A DNA stretch of 64,000 nt from an uncultured bacterium (GTDB taxonomy: Bacteria; Chloroflexota; UBA5177; JANWHV01), in the NCBI GenBank assembly GCA_963729625.1, contig CAVSOU010000011.1, forward strand, positions 640,001 to 704,000. The letters are read 5' to 3'. Made by a program: the position numbers and the translations under genes. The notes under the pieces were generated by a model. The model was given only the letters and a program-made list of their open reading frames with translations. It was not told where the DNA came from and searched no databases. The stretch's first letter is position 1; every line of letters starts with the position of its first letter. Below, one piece after another: positions 39,656 to 50,165 of this stretch.

Positions 39656-40001
39656 GAGGCACCATTGCGGGATCTCCCGCGCCGCCTGCTCCAACCCCGC
39701 ACGGTCCTCGTCACTCACCGTGAACTCCATCCCGCCTGCTCCTTTCAGCAGCCAGGATCCCTCATCCATCCCTACGGTGCCATGTACTTAGCGTCACGAT
39801 CGCGTTCGGCGAGGATCTCAGCTCAGGCCGCTGCGTGCTGTCCTGACGGCGAGCCGCAACCGGCCACGAACGTCGTGGCTGGACAGATCGCGTTGTTGCC
39901 CAGCACCGCTGCAACATGCCCAGAGGCGGGTGCGTGCCTCTGGCAAGGCTGCGGCGATGGTATCTTGACCCAGTGAGCGCACGCAGTAAGGAAGGACGGA
40001 C

Positions 40002-40916
40002 ATGGATATCGCGATCATGATTGAGGGCCAGATGGGGCTCACGTGGCCCCGCTGGCAGAGAATCGCACGGGCCGTCGAAGATCTGGGCTTTGCCGGGCTC
40101 TATCGCTCCGACCACTTCACTAATCCGGAGCCGCCGGACGAAGCGTCGCTGGAGCTGTGGGTATCGCTGACCTGGCTCGCCAGCCACACGTCCCGCATCG
40201 AGTTCGGGCCGATGGTCTCCCCTGTCTCCTTCCGCAACCCGGTGATGACGGCACGGATGGGCAGTGCCGTGAACGACCTCTCGGGTGGCCGCCTGCATCT
40301 CGGCATCGGTGCCGGCTGGCAGGAACGCGAGCACGCGAGCTTCGGCTTCGATCTCCTACCGCTGCGGCAGCGTCTGCAGCGGTATGCGGAGGGTCTCGAG
40401 GTCATCACGCGCCTGCTGCGGGGCGACGCGCCGGTGACCTACGAGGGCGAATTCTACCGCCTGCGCGAGGCAATGCTGTTGCCGCGACCGCAGCGGCCGG
40501 GCGGCCCCCCGCTCGTCATCGGCGGCAAGACGGGCGTGCTGCGATTGGCCGCCCGCTACGCCGACGAGTGGAACGCACCGTTTGCCACGCCGGAGGACTT
40601 CCAGTCCATGAGCGCGCGCCTGGACGAGTTGCTGGGCACGGCCGGTCGCGACCCGAGCACGGTCCGCCGCACACTGATGACGGGCCTGGTGTTTGGGCGT
40701 GACGACGCCGAGGTTCAGGCAAAGATGGGCAGCAGAGATGCGTCGATCGACGCGTTATGGCGCCGGGGCATCGTCGCCGGCACGGCGGGGGCGGTGGTCG
40801 AGCAACTGGGACGGCTGGCCGAGGTGGGCGTGCAGCGCGTGCTGCTGCAGTGGCTGGATCTGGACGACATCGACCGGCTGGAGGCGCTGGCGCGGGCAGT
40901 GTTGCCGCAGGGGTAG
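40002..40916 (+). CDS. LLM-class (luciferase-like) F420-dependent oxidoreductase
   Basis: IEGQMG, RSDHF, FRNP, DLSGGRLHLGIGAGW..REH, PLVIGG and AARYADEWN motifs. Confidence 0.88.
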   Translation: MDIAIMIEGQMGLTWPRWQRIARAVEDLGFAGLYRSDHFTNPEPPDEASLELWVSLTWLASHTSRIEFGPMVSPVSFRNPVMTARMGSAVNDLSGGRLHLGIGAGWQEREHASFGFDLLPLRQRLQRYAEGLEVITRLLRGDAPVTYEGEFYRLREAMLLPRPQRPGGPPLVIGGKTGVLRLAARYADEWNAPFATPEDFQSMSARLDELLGTAGRDPSTVRRTLMTGLVFGRDDAEVQAKMGSRDASIDALWRRGIVAGTAGAVVEQLGRLAEVGVQRVLLQWLDLDDIDRLEALARAVLPQG

Positions 40917-41238
40917 GGTGGAGGCGACCCGCTAAAATGATGACCCACTGATCATGCTTGCTCCCTCAGTCCTGATGATCCGGTTGGCGGCCGCCAGGCT
41001 GGCTAGGTGCTGCGGGGTCGACTGGCGCGCCATGTCGGCAGGACCGACGGACGCTCTTGACCTGAGCGTGAACTGCACGGGTGCAGAAACGAGTCCTGCA
41101 GCGTCTGCTCGAGTGTGCCGCCGCCGGACCTGGTCTTGCGCCGCGGCACTGGCAAGCACTGGCCGGGCCGTCCGCCAGGTGATTCGGGGCTTCCGCCGCG
41201 AGGGCCTGGAGGTGTTGCTCGCTATACTTGCGCCCAGA

Positions 41239-41906
41239 GTGCGCCGCATCATCCGGCGCTGGATCCCTTTCACAGAAAGGAGGGGTAAGGAAGAGCAGAC
41301 CTCTGGGTCAACGGCTTACCTGGCAGCGAAAGCCAAAGGGGACTGTAGCATGCCGCTAAAGCGCGAGTGGTCGGAAGACGCGTAGGGCCACGTCGTGCAA
41401 GACCCGCGCGATAGGGTGAAAGCCGTATTGCCTGAACCGCAGCCTCCAGCGATGTAAGCAACCATCCTCTGGCAGCGCGTCTGACGCCAGGGCCAGCACG
41501 ATAGGGCGACTGACTTGGGGTCGTCCGAAGCTTCCGCGTGCTGGGCGGTCGGGCGTGACCCGACTCAAGGAGACGGACACGGCACCTACGTCGCGCTCGA
41601 GACGTCCAGCGTCGTGGGAATGCGGGATCGCCCGCCGTGCCGCGAGGCACAGGGCGACGGAGCCGCCGTAGTACTCCGCGCACGGGAGAGCCGTGTACAT
41701 GGGGAAGGGCGGCAGGTACATGCGGCCTGGGGAGATGCCGGTAGGCGAGATGCCGAGCGCCGAACTCTTCCGAGGCCATCGGCAGCACAGCGCTGTCGTC
41801 GTCAGGTGCTGGAAAGCGCAGTGCGGTGAAAGCCGCACGCTGCGTTTGGGGAGAGGCGGACAGAAAAGGCTTGGTTGTTCAGGACCTCGCTGGCCGCCTA
41901 CTCCAC
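41239..41906 (+). ncRNA. ORF-less group II intron (668 nt)
   Basis: 5' GTGCG at 41239; domain III-like segment at ~41653-41716; 34-nt domain V 41814-41847 with AGC triad and GAAA loop; domain VI GGAGAGGCGG/CCGCCT-A-CTCC with bulged A41900; 3' AC end; no RT ORF. Confidence 0.88.
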
Positions 41907-42270
41907 CCACTCGAGCAGGACCATGGGGACAGTGGCCGCACAGGGCCGTCATTTACAGATCGGCGCCCGATGCAACGAATGTTTGGATATGCGGAGGCGT
42001 CCGCGTGCTATCGCACCGAGTCGGCGCGGAGCGCGAGCGGCTCGTCGTGAGACCCGCGCCGAAGGCATGCATGCCAGATTGAGATCAACCCCATCAAGGT
42101 AGACCGTAGCCACGGGAAAGGCGCAGCTGTCCGCGATCCGTCGGTCTTGTCAGGCCTTGGTGCGATCCGGCGGACCACAGTTGATGGCAATACCGTCGGT
42201 CAGCTTCAGGGGTTCGTCGTCCAGCGATGGATTTGATTATGCGTGACGAGCGTCGACCGGCGATGCCGCA

Positions 42271-45200
42271 TCAAGCGGTCGGACTTGTCCAGCGCCAGCC
42301 CAGCCGTCGAACCTCCGGGCCGATCCGCTCAACGATATCTAGGCGTTCGGCGTCCGCTGCCACCGCCAGGTGGGTGGCAGCCTGCTCACGCGCCACTGCC
42401 GCCAGGTCCGCCAGCGCGGGCCCGAGTTCCAGCATGTTGCCACTGGCCCGCGCCAGGTCTGCGGCATTACGCAAGGCGGTCACCGCCCCTGTGCCATCGC
42501 CTCGGCTTGCCAGCAGCAATCCCCGTGCCCTCGCCAGTGTGGGCTGATTCCACGCTGTGCCGTCGCGCTCCACCCGCGTCCCAGCCTGCGCCAGCACGCG
42601 CGCGGCATCCGGATGGCGGCGCCGGGCCAGCACGAGCGCGAGGAGTGCGATATCCACGTTCGCCATACCCGTCGCCTGCAAACCGACCAGTTCGCGGGCC
42701 AGCGCCTCCGCCTCGCCGAACCGCCCTTCCAGCTCCATTCGCCAGGCCAGATCGAAGAGCCAGTTCTGCAACGCGACAACCCGTCGGTCTCCTCGCTGCC
42801 GTGCCGTCGCCACCGCGTCGTGCAACAACCCGCGCGCGCTATCCCGGTCGCCAGTCATTGTGGCGAGAAGCACAGCCACGTCCTGGGGCCACTCATCCGG
42901 ATCCACGGCCTGGGCTCTGTGCAGGAGCGCCCGGCCCTCCGCCCAGTCGCCGGCCAGGTAGCATTGCCCGGCGAGGAACAAGGACCCGATGGCAATACCA
43001 GCCGGACGCCCGGTCTGCTCGTCTGCGGCCAGAGCGCGACGGTGATCCGCATAGGCGGCGGCAAAATCTCCGGCCAGACAGTGAGCATTGGCGCGCTGGG
43101 TCCAGATGCGAGCCAGCAACACGGCATCGCCTGCCGCGTGGGCAGCGGGCTCCGCCTCGTCCAGGCGAGCGATAATCTCCTGCGGCCGGGTGCCTGCGCC
43201 GAGCTGCACGAACGTTAGCTCGAGCAGGGCGCGCGCCCGCACGGCACTCTCGCCGAGTTGCTCAGCCAGGGCCAGGCCACGCGCGCCTAATGCGGCAGCC
43301 GCTGTCCGATCCCCGCTAAAGTAGGCAGCGCGTGCGGCATCCAGCAGCAGGCGGGCGAATTCGGCATTCTCCTGCTCCGGCGGCCACAACGCCAGCGCCG
43401 CGTCCAAGTGTGGCGCCGCAGCATCAGTGTCGTAGGCGAACTGGTGTACCCAGGCGATGTCCCGGTGCGCACGTGCCCGACCCAGGCAATCGCCTAACTG
43501 CTCAAAGGCGTGCAGCGCGAGCGCCAAGGCCGCCAGCGCCTCCTCCCGCCTGCCGAGGTCGTGCAGGACGCGGCCCAGCTTGAGTCGTACCTCAGCCGCT
43601 TCGGCCATGCGTTCTTGCTCCAGGAGCAAGTCTAGCGCGGTCCGATACTGCTCCTCAGCCTGCCTTGCGGCGTACACGCCGGCTGCGTGGTCTCCAGCCT
43701 GGATAGCATAGCGCGCCGCACGCGCATCGTCACCGGCCGCCAGGAAATGGGCGGCCAATTCGCCGGCCATCTCCGGTCGTTGCCCGCGCTCCCGTTCCAG
43801 CGCCTCCCCGGCCCGCAGATGTAGCCGCCGCAGCCGGAATCGCGGCACCTCCTCGTAGAGCGTTTGGGCGATCAGCTGATGCGTGAAGGCGTAGCGCTCG
43901 CCGCGTCCCGCTCGCCGCTCTTGCAGCACCTTCAGCGCTAGCGCCGCCTCCAGGTGCTCAAGCACCGCCGCCTCCGTCTGCTCCGCCGCACCCACCAGTA
44001 CGGGCAGCTCAAATTCCTGACCCAACACGCTGGCCTGCCGCAAAAGCGCCTGCGCTTCGGGCACCAGCCGGCCCAGCCGTTGCCCAACTGCCGATCGCAC
44101 GCTCTGGGGCACAGTCATGTGCTCGAGGGCCGCGCGATCCCAGCCGTCACCCGAACGACCGGCTGTGCCTTGCTCCAGCAGCGCGCGCAACACCTCCTCG
44201 GTGAAGAAGGGATTGCCCTCGGTGCGCTCGTGCACCAGGTCGCGCAGTTCCTCGGTGACGGTCGCCACGTCGCAGCGGTCGCGGATCAGCGCGGCAGTGC
44301 CCGCGGGTGGCAGACCGCGCACGACCAACACGTCCGCCACGCGGTCTCGAGTCAGCGCCGTTACGGTGGCCTCCAGGGGGTGCTGGCGCCCCACCTCTAC
44401 GTCCCCGTAGGTACCCAAGAGTAGGACGCGCTCGCCGCGCAATGATCGCGCCAAATGGGCCAGCAGCTCCAGGGATGCGCCGTCGGCCCAGTGCAGATCG
44501 TCCAACGCCAGGGCGAGTGGCCCTTCCCTGGCCAGGGCGGTCAGGAAGGCGGCCACCGTGCGCAGCACGCGCAGACCGGCTTCCGGGCCCTCGCTGCGGG
44601 CTGGAACACTGAGCAGCTCAGGTACCAGCCGGCCAAGCTCGCCGAAGCGTTCAACCGCGGCAGCGCGCAGGGCAGGCGATGCGAGCGACCAGGCCGTGGT
44701 CAGGACTTCCACGAAGGGGCTGAAGGCGGTGCCGCTGCGTTCCTCGTAGCAGCGTCCGACCAGCACACGCATGCCCCGTTCTGCTGCCAGCAGCAGCGCT
44801 TCTTGGGCCAGCCGGGTCTTGCCTACGCCCGGCTAGCCGGCTAGCCATAGCATCGTGCCATTCCCGTCGATGCTGGTCTGGAGGGCCGCACGGATCGTCG
44901 TCATCTCCGACTCCCGTGCGGCGAGAGCGTGCAGCGGCCTGGCACCCAGGTAGCCGCCGGACGGCATCGTGGCAGGCGGGCAGGTAGGGGTACGCGCACC
45001 CACCTTGCCACTCTCGGCGTATGCGGTGACGCTTGGTGGCAGGACTTTGCGATGACCGGCAGCTACGAACTCGGCCAGGTCCTTCCCGCTCAGTGCCAAG
45101 CCTTCGATCAGCAGAGCGAGTGTGTCCCTGCGCGGTAGCAGCCGTACACCGCGCTCCAGATCGCTGATGCCGCGTTTGCTCAGGCCCGCACGCTCGGCCA

Positions 45201-45282
45201 GTTCCTCCTGGGTGAGGCCGGCTGCTTTGCGCGCCCGTAGCAGCAGCGTGCCAAACGATGTAGCCCCTGGCTCGGCATGCAT
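42271..45282 (-). pseudogene. XRE-HTH + AAA ATPase + TPR-like regulator, interrupted by an in-frame amber codon
   Basis: ORFs 44833-45351 and 42271-44772 are in the same frame; the junction reads MLWLAG*PGVGKTRLA. LDDLHWAD and RTEGNPFF motifs downstream. Confidence 0.85.
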
Positions 45283-45573
45283 GCCGCCCCACCCCGCGAT
45301 GTGCGGCGCCGACGCGCTGCTCGGCGCCATCCCGTGGTTTGGAGCCATCATAGCAGAAACGCATCCAGCCGTGTGCTCGGAAGGCCGCGCCGCGTCCTTC
45401 TCTGACGATGCAGGCTCACACGCAGCTTGTTAGGTGGATCTGGTCAGGATGCGTGGCCGAATGCGTGCCTACCCGCGTGCGTTCTGCCTCGTCAGCAGGC
45501 CCTCCTCGGCGCAGACTGTACCCCACAGAACGAGATCGCCGTGCAGGTCATGCAGCCGACAAGGGAGAAGAAG

Positions 45574-45783
45574 ATGGACACCCGATTAGCTCGAACAGAC
45601 AACCTCTTCAGCCTGACCCTCGCTATGGTCCAGCGCCACCAAGAGGATCTGCGGCGTGAGGTCCTAGACGACCGCGCTGCGCAGTCCTACGTGAGTTGTG
45701 CCCCCCGGACGCGCCGATTCCGGTTCCTCGAAGCGATGCGGCGCCAGGCGTGTGCGCGGTTCATGGTTGCCAACGCCCGGTAA
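45574..45783 (+). CDS. Small hypothetical protein divergent from the XRE-ATPase gene
   Basis: AGGGAG RBS then ATG; MDTRLARTDNLFSLTLAMVQRHQEDLRREV... Confidence 0.5.
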   Translation: MDTRLARTDNLFSLTLAMVQRHQEDLRREVLDDRAAQSYVSCAPRTRRFRFLEAMRRQACARFMVANAR

Positions 45784-45986
45784 TTGTCTCGCAGCGCATG
45801 GATGGACTTCTGCTGGCGTGTTCCTAGTCCATGAGCACGTTCCTAACCAGGTACCGCTGCAACGAGCGACATGACGGCATCGCGAGAGGATGTGGCTACA
45901 ACAGGCTGGTACACCTTGGGGGTCGTGGCGTTTCCTGGAGAGCATCACGTTTGCCAGAACTATGCCCGAAATGTGTACCCCATCCG

Positions 45987-46493
45987 GGCTCTCCCGCACT
46001 CTCGGTGATGTCGACTGAGCGGTAAACTGGAGACACGCCTTCTCCTCATTCTTCTCCATCGTTCCGCAGCAAGGTTTCCATGCTCACAAATCGGTTATTC
46101 CTGCACCTACGATCCCTGCATCTGCAAAGTGTCATGATCGACGGCGGCACCGTCATCATGACCGCCGCGGTCAAGCGTCCCTGCGCGCGCTGTCCTCTCT
46201 GTGGGCACTCTTCGACGCGCGTCCATTCCCAGTACTGGCGAATTGTGGCCGATCTGCCCGTGAGCCAGCGGGCGGTAGTGATCGTGATGCAGGTCCGGCG
46301 CTTCCGCTGTCTGTCGCCCAAGTGCCCGCGGCGCATCTTCGCCGAGCGCTTGCCTGACCTCGTCGCGCCCTATGCTCGCAAGAGTCGGGGTCTCCACCAG
46401 GCCTTGGTGCACGTTGCGTTCGTTGCCGGTGGCGAGGCTGGTGCACGACTGGCACGCCACCTTGGCATGCAGACCAGCCCTGATACGCTGCTG
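45987..46493 (+). mobile_element. ISL3-family IS fragment (left end plus truncated transposase N-terminus)
   Basis: IR-like GGCTCTCCCGCACTCTCGGTGA at 45987; zf-ISL3 CPLCG..STRVHSQYWRIVADLP, RRFRC...CPRRIFAERL, GGEAGARL...TSPDTLL, then similarity stops. Confidence 0.85.
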
Positions 46494-46630
46494 CTGCAGC
46501 AACTTGGCACGCGGATCGCCCCATTTCTGGCTGGGACTAACAAAGACATCGTGCCGTTTCAACCCGGCCTGGAGTTGCTCGAGCACGGCAAACGAGTACG
46601 CACGCCGGCTGATCGCGTTGGTCGGCTGTG
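46494..46630 (-). pseudogene. Tn3-family transposase internal fragment
   Basis: ISRRAYSFAVLEQLQAGLKRHDVFVSPSQKWGDPRAKLL resembles the conserved Tn3 TnpA segment. Confidence 0.65.
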
Positions 46631-47176
46631 CCGGCCCGCAGCAGATACTGCCGTGCGCACGAGGAGACGGCGGCTGAATCGATGGGTTGGCGCGGCGCAG
46701 CCGATCGGAAGAACACGTGCCGATCCGCTGTCCTTGGCCGACCATGTTGCAGATAGTCGACGATGGCCTCACCGACGGCCTTCGACAGCGGGAACGCCGT
46801 CGCGTGACCGGCCTTCCGCTCCGGTATCGCCAGCCGCTCGTGTTTCCAGTCGATGTCGTTGAGGGTCAGCGCAGCCACCTCGCGGCCCCGCAGGCCGTAG
46901 GTCACGAGCAGCAGCAGGATCGCGTAGTCCCGTTTGCCACACGGGGTCCGTCGATCGACGGCCGCGAGCACGCTGCCGACCTCGGTCCAGGAGATCGACC
47001 GCGGGATGTCCGACAGACGGTAGACCTGCGGCCATTCGACGGCCTAACTGAGATCGCTGCCGATGCTGCCTGCGCGATGTGCGTAGCGCAGGAAGACGTG
47101 CAGCACCCCGCAGCAGTCTCGCACGGTCGTTTTGGCCAGACCGTTCGCCGAGCGCTCAGCCACAAACGCGCGCAAG
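46631..47176 (-). pseudogene. Tyrosine recombinase (RIT-type integrase) fragment with an internal stop
   Basis: FLRYAHRAG..SDLS*AVEWPQVYRLSDIPRSISW...GKRDYAILLLLVTYGLRGREVAAL...RKAG; lacks HxxR and the catalytic Tyr. Confidence 0.8.
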
Positions 47177-47300
47177 CTTGAGCTTCGCTTCCCCGGCTAC
47201 CTCTCGGATATGCGCCGGATCGGTGCTGCCCACCAGCGGGAGGATCCCTGCTGGATGCCCCAGGAGCCAGGCTGATGCCAGCTGACAGGCGAGTAGTAGA
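47177..47300 (-). pseudogene. Aldo/keto reductase C-terminal remnant
   Basis: QLASAWLLGHPAGILPLVGSTDPAHIRE matches the AKR C-terminal signature. Confidence 0.55.
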
Positions 47301-47465
47301 GTGACGACATGGATCGCTCCTGGGCCACCCTGCGACTGCCTCCCGTGGCTCCGATCGGGGCTGGCGGTCAAGTTCGCTTCGTATGATAATGGGACCAGGC
47401 CGCGTGTCCGCCGGCGGTGCCGTGTGGGACGCACCGGCGTGAGCACGCGACAGTGGGAGGTCACC

Positions 47466-50057
47466 ATGCCACACCATGTCGGCCGCGGACGAGAGGGAGG
47501 CCGGTGCCTGGCCGTTCGGCTCCTCAGCGTAGGGCTGGCCGCGACGCTTGCTCTGAACGTCTCATTCCCCACGGCCTATGGCGCACCGGCTCGGAGCCGG
47601 ACCGGCCTCATCTGCACGTGGATCTCCACGGCGCAGGATCTGCAGAACATCACTGCCGACCGGACGGATGACCGGACGCTCAACCTCGACTACTGCCTGC
47701 AGAACGACATCGACCTGAGTACCCTGGGCAAGTCATTCTGGTCGATCGGGACGAACGATCACCCGTTCACGGGCTCGTTCGACGGGAACGGCCACACGAT
47801 TCGCAACCTGTACCTCGTCGCGAACCCCCTTATGTATGCGCCCGCGTGGGCAAGCTCCGTTGGACTCTTCGGCTTCATCGCGAAGGGAGCGTGGGTACGC
47901 GCGCTGCATCTCGAGAACGTGCACGTGTCGGGCGGCGACGCCGAATCAGTCGGAGCCCTGGCAGGAGCATGCGAGGGCGACGTCACAGATATCGACGTGT
48001 CGGGCACCGTCGACGGGTCCGGACTGGTTGCCGGCAGCGTGATCGGCTTCCTGGGAACCGGCGCCACCATGACCGGATCGCACAGCTCAGCCGCCGTGAC
48101 GCACGTTGCTTCCAACACTGGAGGGCCGATCGCGGATACCGGCGGCCTCGTTGGTCAGAATCAAGGCAGAATCATCAAATCGTACAACACCGGCCCGGTG
48201 ACGGAGGCCGGTGCCGGCAACGCCGTGGGCGGCGTGACCGGTATGAACGAAGGCTTTGCAATCGATCAGTCGTACAACACCGGTCCTATCATCGCGGGGG
48301 CTGGTGCGCTGGAAGGCGGCCTGGTAGGCGTCAACATGGCGGGATTCATCGTGCACTCGTACAACACCGGCTCCGTGAGCGACCAGGGGAGCAGCGCGCA
48401 GGTGGGCGGCCTGGTCGGCGAAAACCAGGCATCGATCGTCCAGTCGTACAGCACGGGAGCCGTATCGGAGAAGGGCTCCGCGAACGAGGTTGGGGGCCTG
48501 GTCGGGCAATCGTACGGTGCTATCAGCCAGTCGTTTCATATCGGCACCGTGGATGGCGGCGACCAGTCGACGGCCGGCGGCCTTGTTGGAGCCGAATACC
48601 ATGCCGTTAGGCAAGGCACAGTACTCGACGGGACAATTAGCGAGACCTACAGCGCCGGCCCTATAATCGCCGGCAGCAACGGGTCTCTGGGCGGGCTGGT
48701 CGGCCAGAAGAAGAACAGCGCCGCGGATGGGCCGATCCAGAGCTTCTTCGACGCCAGTACCTGCAGCGGCTGCGGAGCCAACATCGGCGTGGGTCGCTCA
48801 ACCCAGGACATGACGACCAGCAGCGCGTTCGCCGGCTGGGACTTCACGGCGGTCTGGCACATCGAGGAGGGCGTGAGTTACCCGTTTTTCTCCTGGGCCG
48901 CGACACCCCCACTCGCCCCGCTCCCGACGCGAACTGCCACCGCCTCGCCAACGGTGACCTCAACCTCGACAGCAGTGGAAAGCGTCACTGTGGCAGCCAC
49001 CTCCCCGTCGACTGCGCTCGCGACTCCCACCGGTCTGCCATCGGTGAGCATAACGCCCGCCGGCCCGCTCACACAGGTTATTGACCTTGCCCCGTTGGCC
49101 GACCGGCGATATGGCGAGCCGCCCTTCCAGGTCCATGCCACAGGTGGCGGCTCCGGCAATCCTGTAACCTACCGAACCACGGGAAACTGCACGGCCACCG
49201 GATCTAGCGGCGGCGTGATCACCCTCACCGGAGCCGGCACCTGCACAGTGGAAGCCCAGCAAGCCCGAGGCGGTCCCTATGCAGCAGCCATCCCCGTAGC
49301 TCGAACCTTCAGCATCCTTCGCGGTCATCCTACTATCAGCTGGCCCCGGCCTGCGAGCATCGCGTGGGGCACGCGATTGGGTGCCTCCCAGCTCACTGCC
49401 CGCGCCTTGGTGGCCGGAACCTTCCGCTACACCCCTGGTGCCGGAACGATCCTGCCCGTTGGTGTAAACCAGTCTCTCTCCGTGTCCTTCACACCAGCGG
49501 ACTGGCGAAACTGGGATGCGGTGACCGCGTCTACCATCATAACGGTCGTGCCGGCCGTACCGCATGTGATACTCATGCCACTCGCCAATCGCACGTACGG
49601 CGATCCGCCCGTCCGCCTCGGCGTGAGCGGAAATTCCGCGCGGACCGCGACGCACTATAGCGTTTATGGCACCTGCATCCTGAATCCGCGCGATGTGAGT
49701 CTTGTACGTCTCACAGGAGCGGGCAGCTGCACTGTGTCTGCCTATCAGCCCGGTACGGCGGAGTATCGGGCGGTCTCCATGGCACCCGTCACGTTCAAGA
49801 TCGCCAAAGCGTGGCCGACTATCAATTGGCCTCGGCCCAAGCCCATGAATACGGCTACACGCTTGAGCCAAAAACAGTTGAACGCCAAAGCGATGTTCCA
49901 GAGACGGTCGCTGCCTGGCGTATACGCGTACACTCCCAAACTTGGTACGCAGCTTCGGGCCGGTACCTGGACCCTGCGTGTGCAGTTCACGCCCCGCGAC
50001 AGCAGGAACTTCGTGACGGCCGTGGCGACTACGACGCTGCTGGTTCTCACGCGGTGA
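47466..50057 (+). CDS. Secreted GLUG-repeat beta-helix protein with a Thr/Pro linker and Ig-like C-terminal repeats
   Basis: GGAGG RBS; signal peptide; YCLQNDIDL, FTGSFDGNGHTIRNL, repeated GGLVGxN...SY.TG.V, FAGWDF..VW; duplicated TLTGAGTC and PTI.WP units. Confidence 0.85.
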   Translation: MPHHVGRGREGGRCLAVRLLSVGLAATLALNVSFPTAYGAPARSRTGLICTWISTAQDLQNITADRTDDRTLNLDYCLQNDIDLSTLGKSFWSIGTNDHPFTGSFDGNGHTIRNLYLVANPLMYAPAWASSVGLFGFIAKGAWVRALHLENVHVSGGDAESVGALAGACEGDVTDIDVSGTVDGSGLVAGSVIGFLGTGATMTGSHSSAAVTHVASNTGGPIADTGGLVGQNQGRIIKSYNTGPVTEAGAGNAVGGVTGMNEGFAIDQSYNTGPIIAGAGALEGGLVGVNMAGFIVHSYNTGSVSDQGSSAQVGGLVGENQASIVQSYSTGAVSEKGSANEVGGLVGQSYGAISQSFHIGTVDGGDQSTAGGLVGAEYHAVRQGTVLDGTISETYSAGPIIAGSNGSLGGLVGQKKNSAADGPIQSFFDASTCSGCGANIGVGRSTQDMTTSSAFAGWDFTAVWHIEEGVSYPFFSWAATPPLAPLPTRTATASPTVTSTSTAVESVTVAATSPSTALATPTGLPSVSITPAGPLTQVIDLAPLADRRYGEPPFQVHATGGGSGNPVTYRTTGNCTATGSSGGVITLTGAGTCTVEAQQARGGPYAAAIPVARTFSILRGHPTISWPRPASIAWGTRLGASQLTARALVAGTFRYTPGAGTILPVGVNQSLSVSFTPADWRNWDAVTASTIITVVPAVPHVILMPLANRTYGDPPVRLGVSGNSARTATHYSVYGTCILNPRDVSLVRLTGAGSCTVSAYQPGTAEYRAVSMAPVTFKIAKAWPTINWPRPKPMNTATRLSQKQLNAKAMFQRRSLPGVYAYTPKLGTQLRAGTWTLRVQFTPRDSRNFVTAVATTTLLVLTR

Positions 50058-50086
50058 GGCAGAGGGCTGAGCAGATCATCCCTTGC

Positions 50087-50132
50087 GCCGGGTAGGGCAT
50101 GCCGGCAAATCTGATGCCGGCTATCCTGCCGG
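50087..50132. terminator. Stem-loop between convergent genes
   Basis: Imperfect inverted repeat CCGGGTAGGG..GCCGGCA / TGCCGGC..ATCCTGCCGG followed by TTTG. Confidence 0.4.
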
Positions 50133-50165
50133 TTTGCTTGGCCACTTGAAAGATCGGGGCTGGGG

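Noticed and set aside
42060-42150. EINPIKV...GKGA, resembling an acyl-CoA synthetase ATP-grasp tail
   Set aside because: Very short and interrupted by a stop; cannot be supported without a search.
44833-47046. Amber recoding (pyrrolysine or alternative code), suggested by in-frame TAGs in the ATPase Walker A and the integrase fragment
   Set aside because: Many intact genes here end in TAG (e.g. 14149, 15193, 17993, 20004, 21920), no pyl genes are visible, and the integrase is a fragment anyway.
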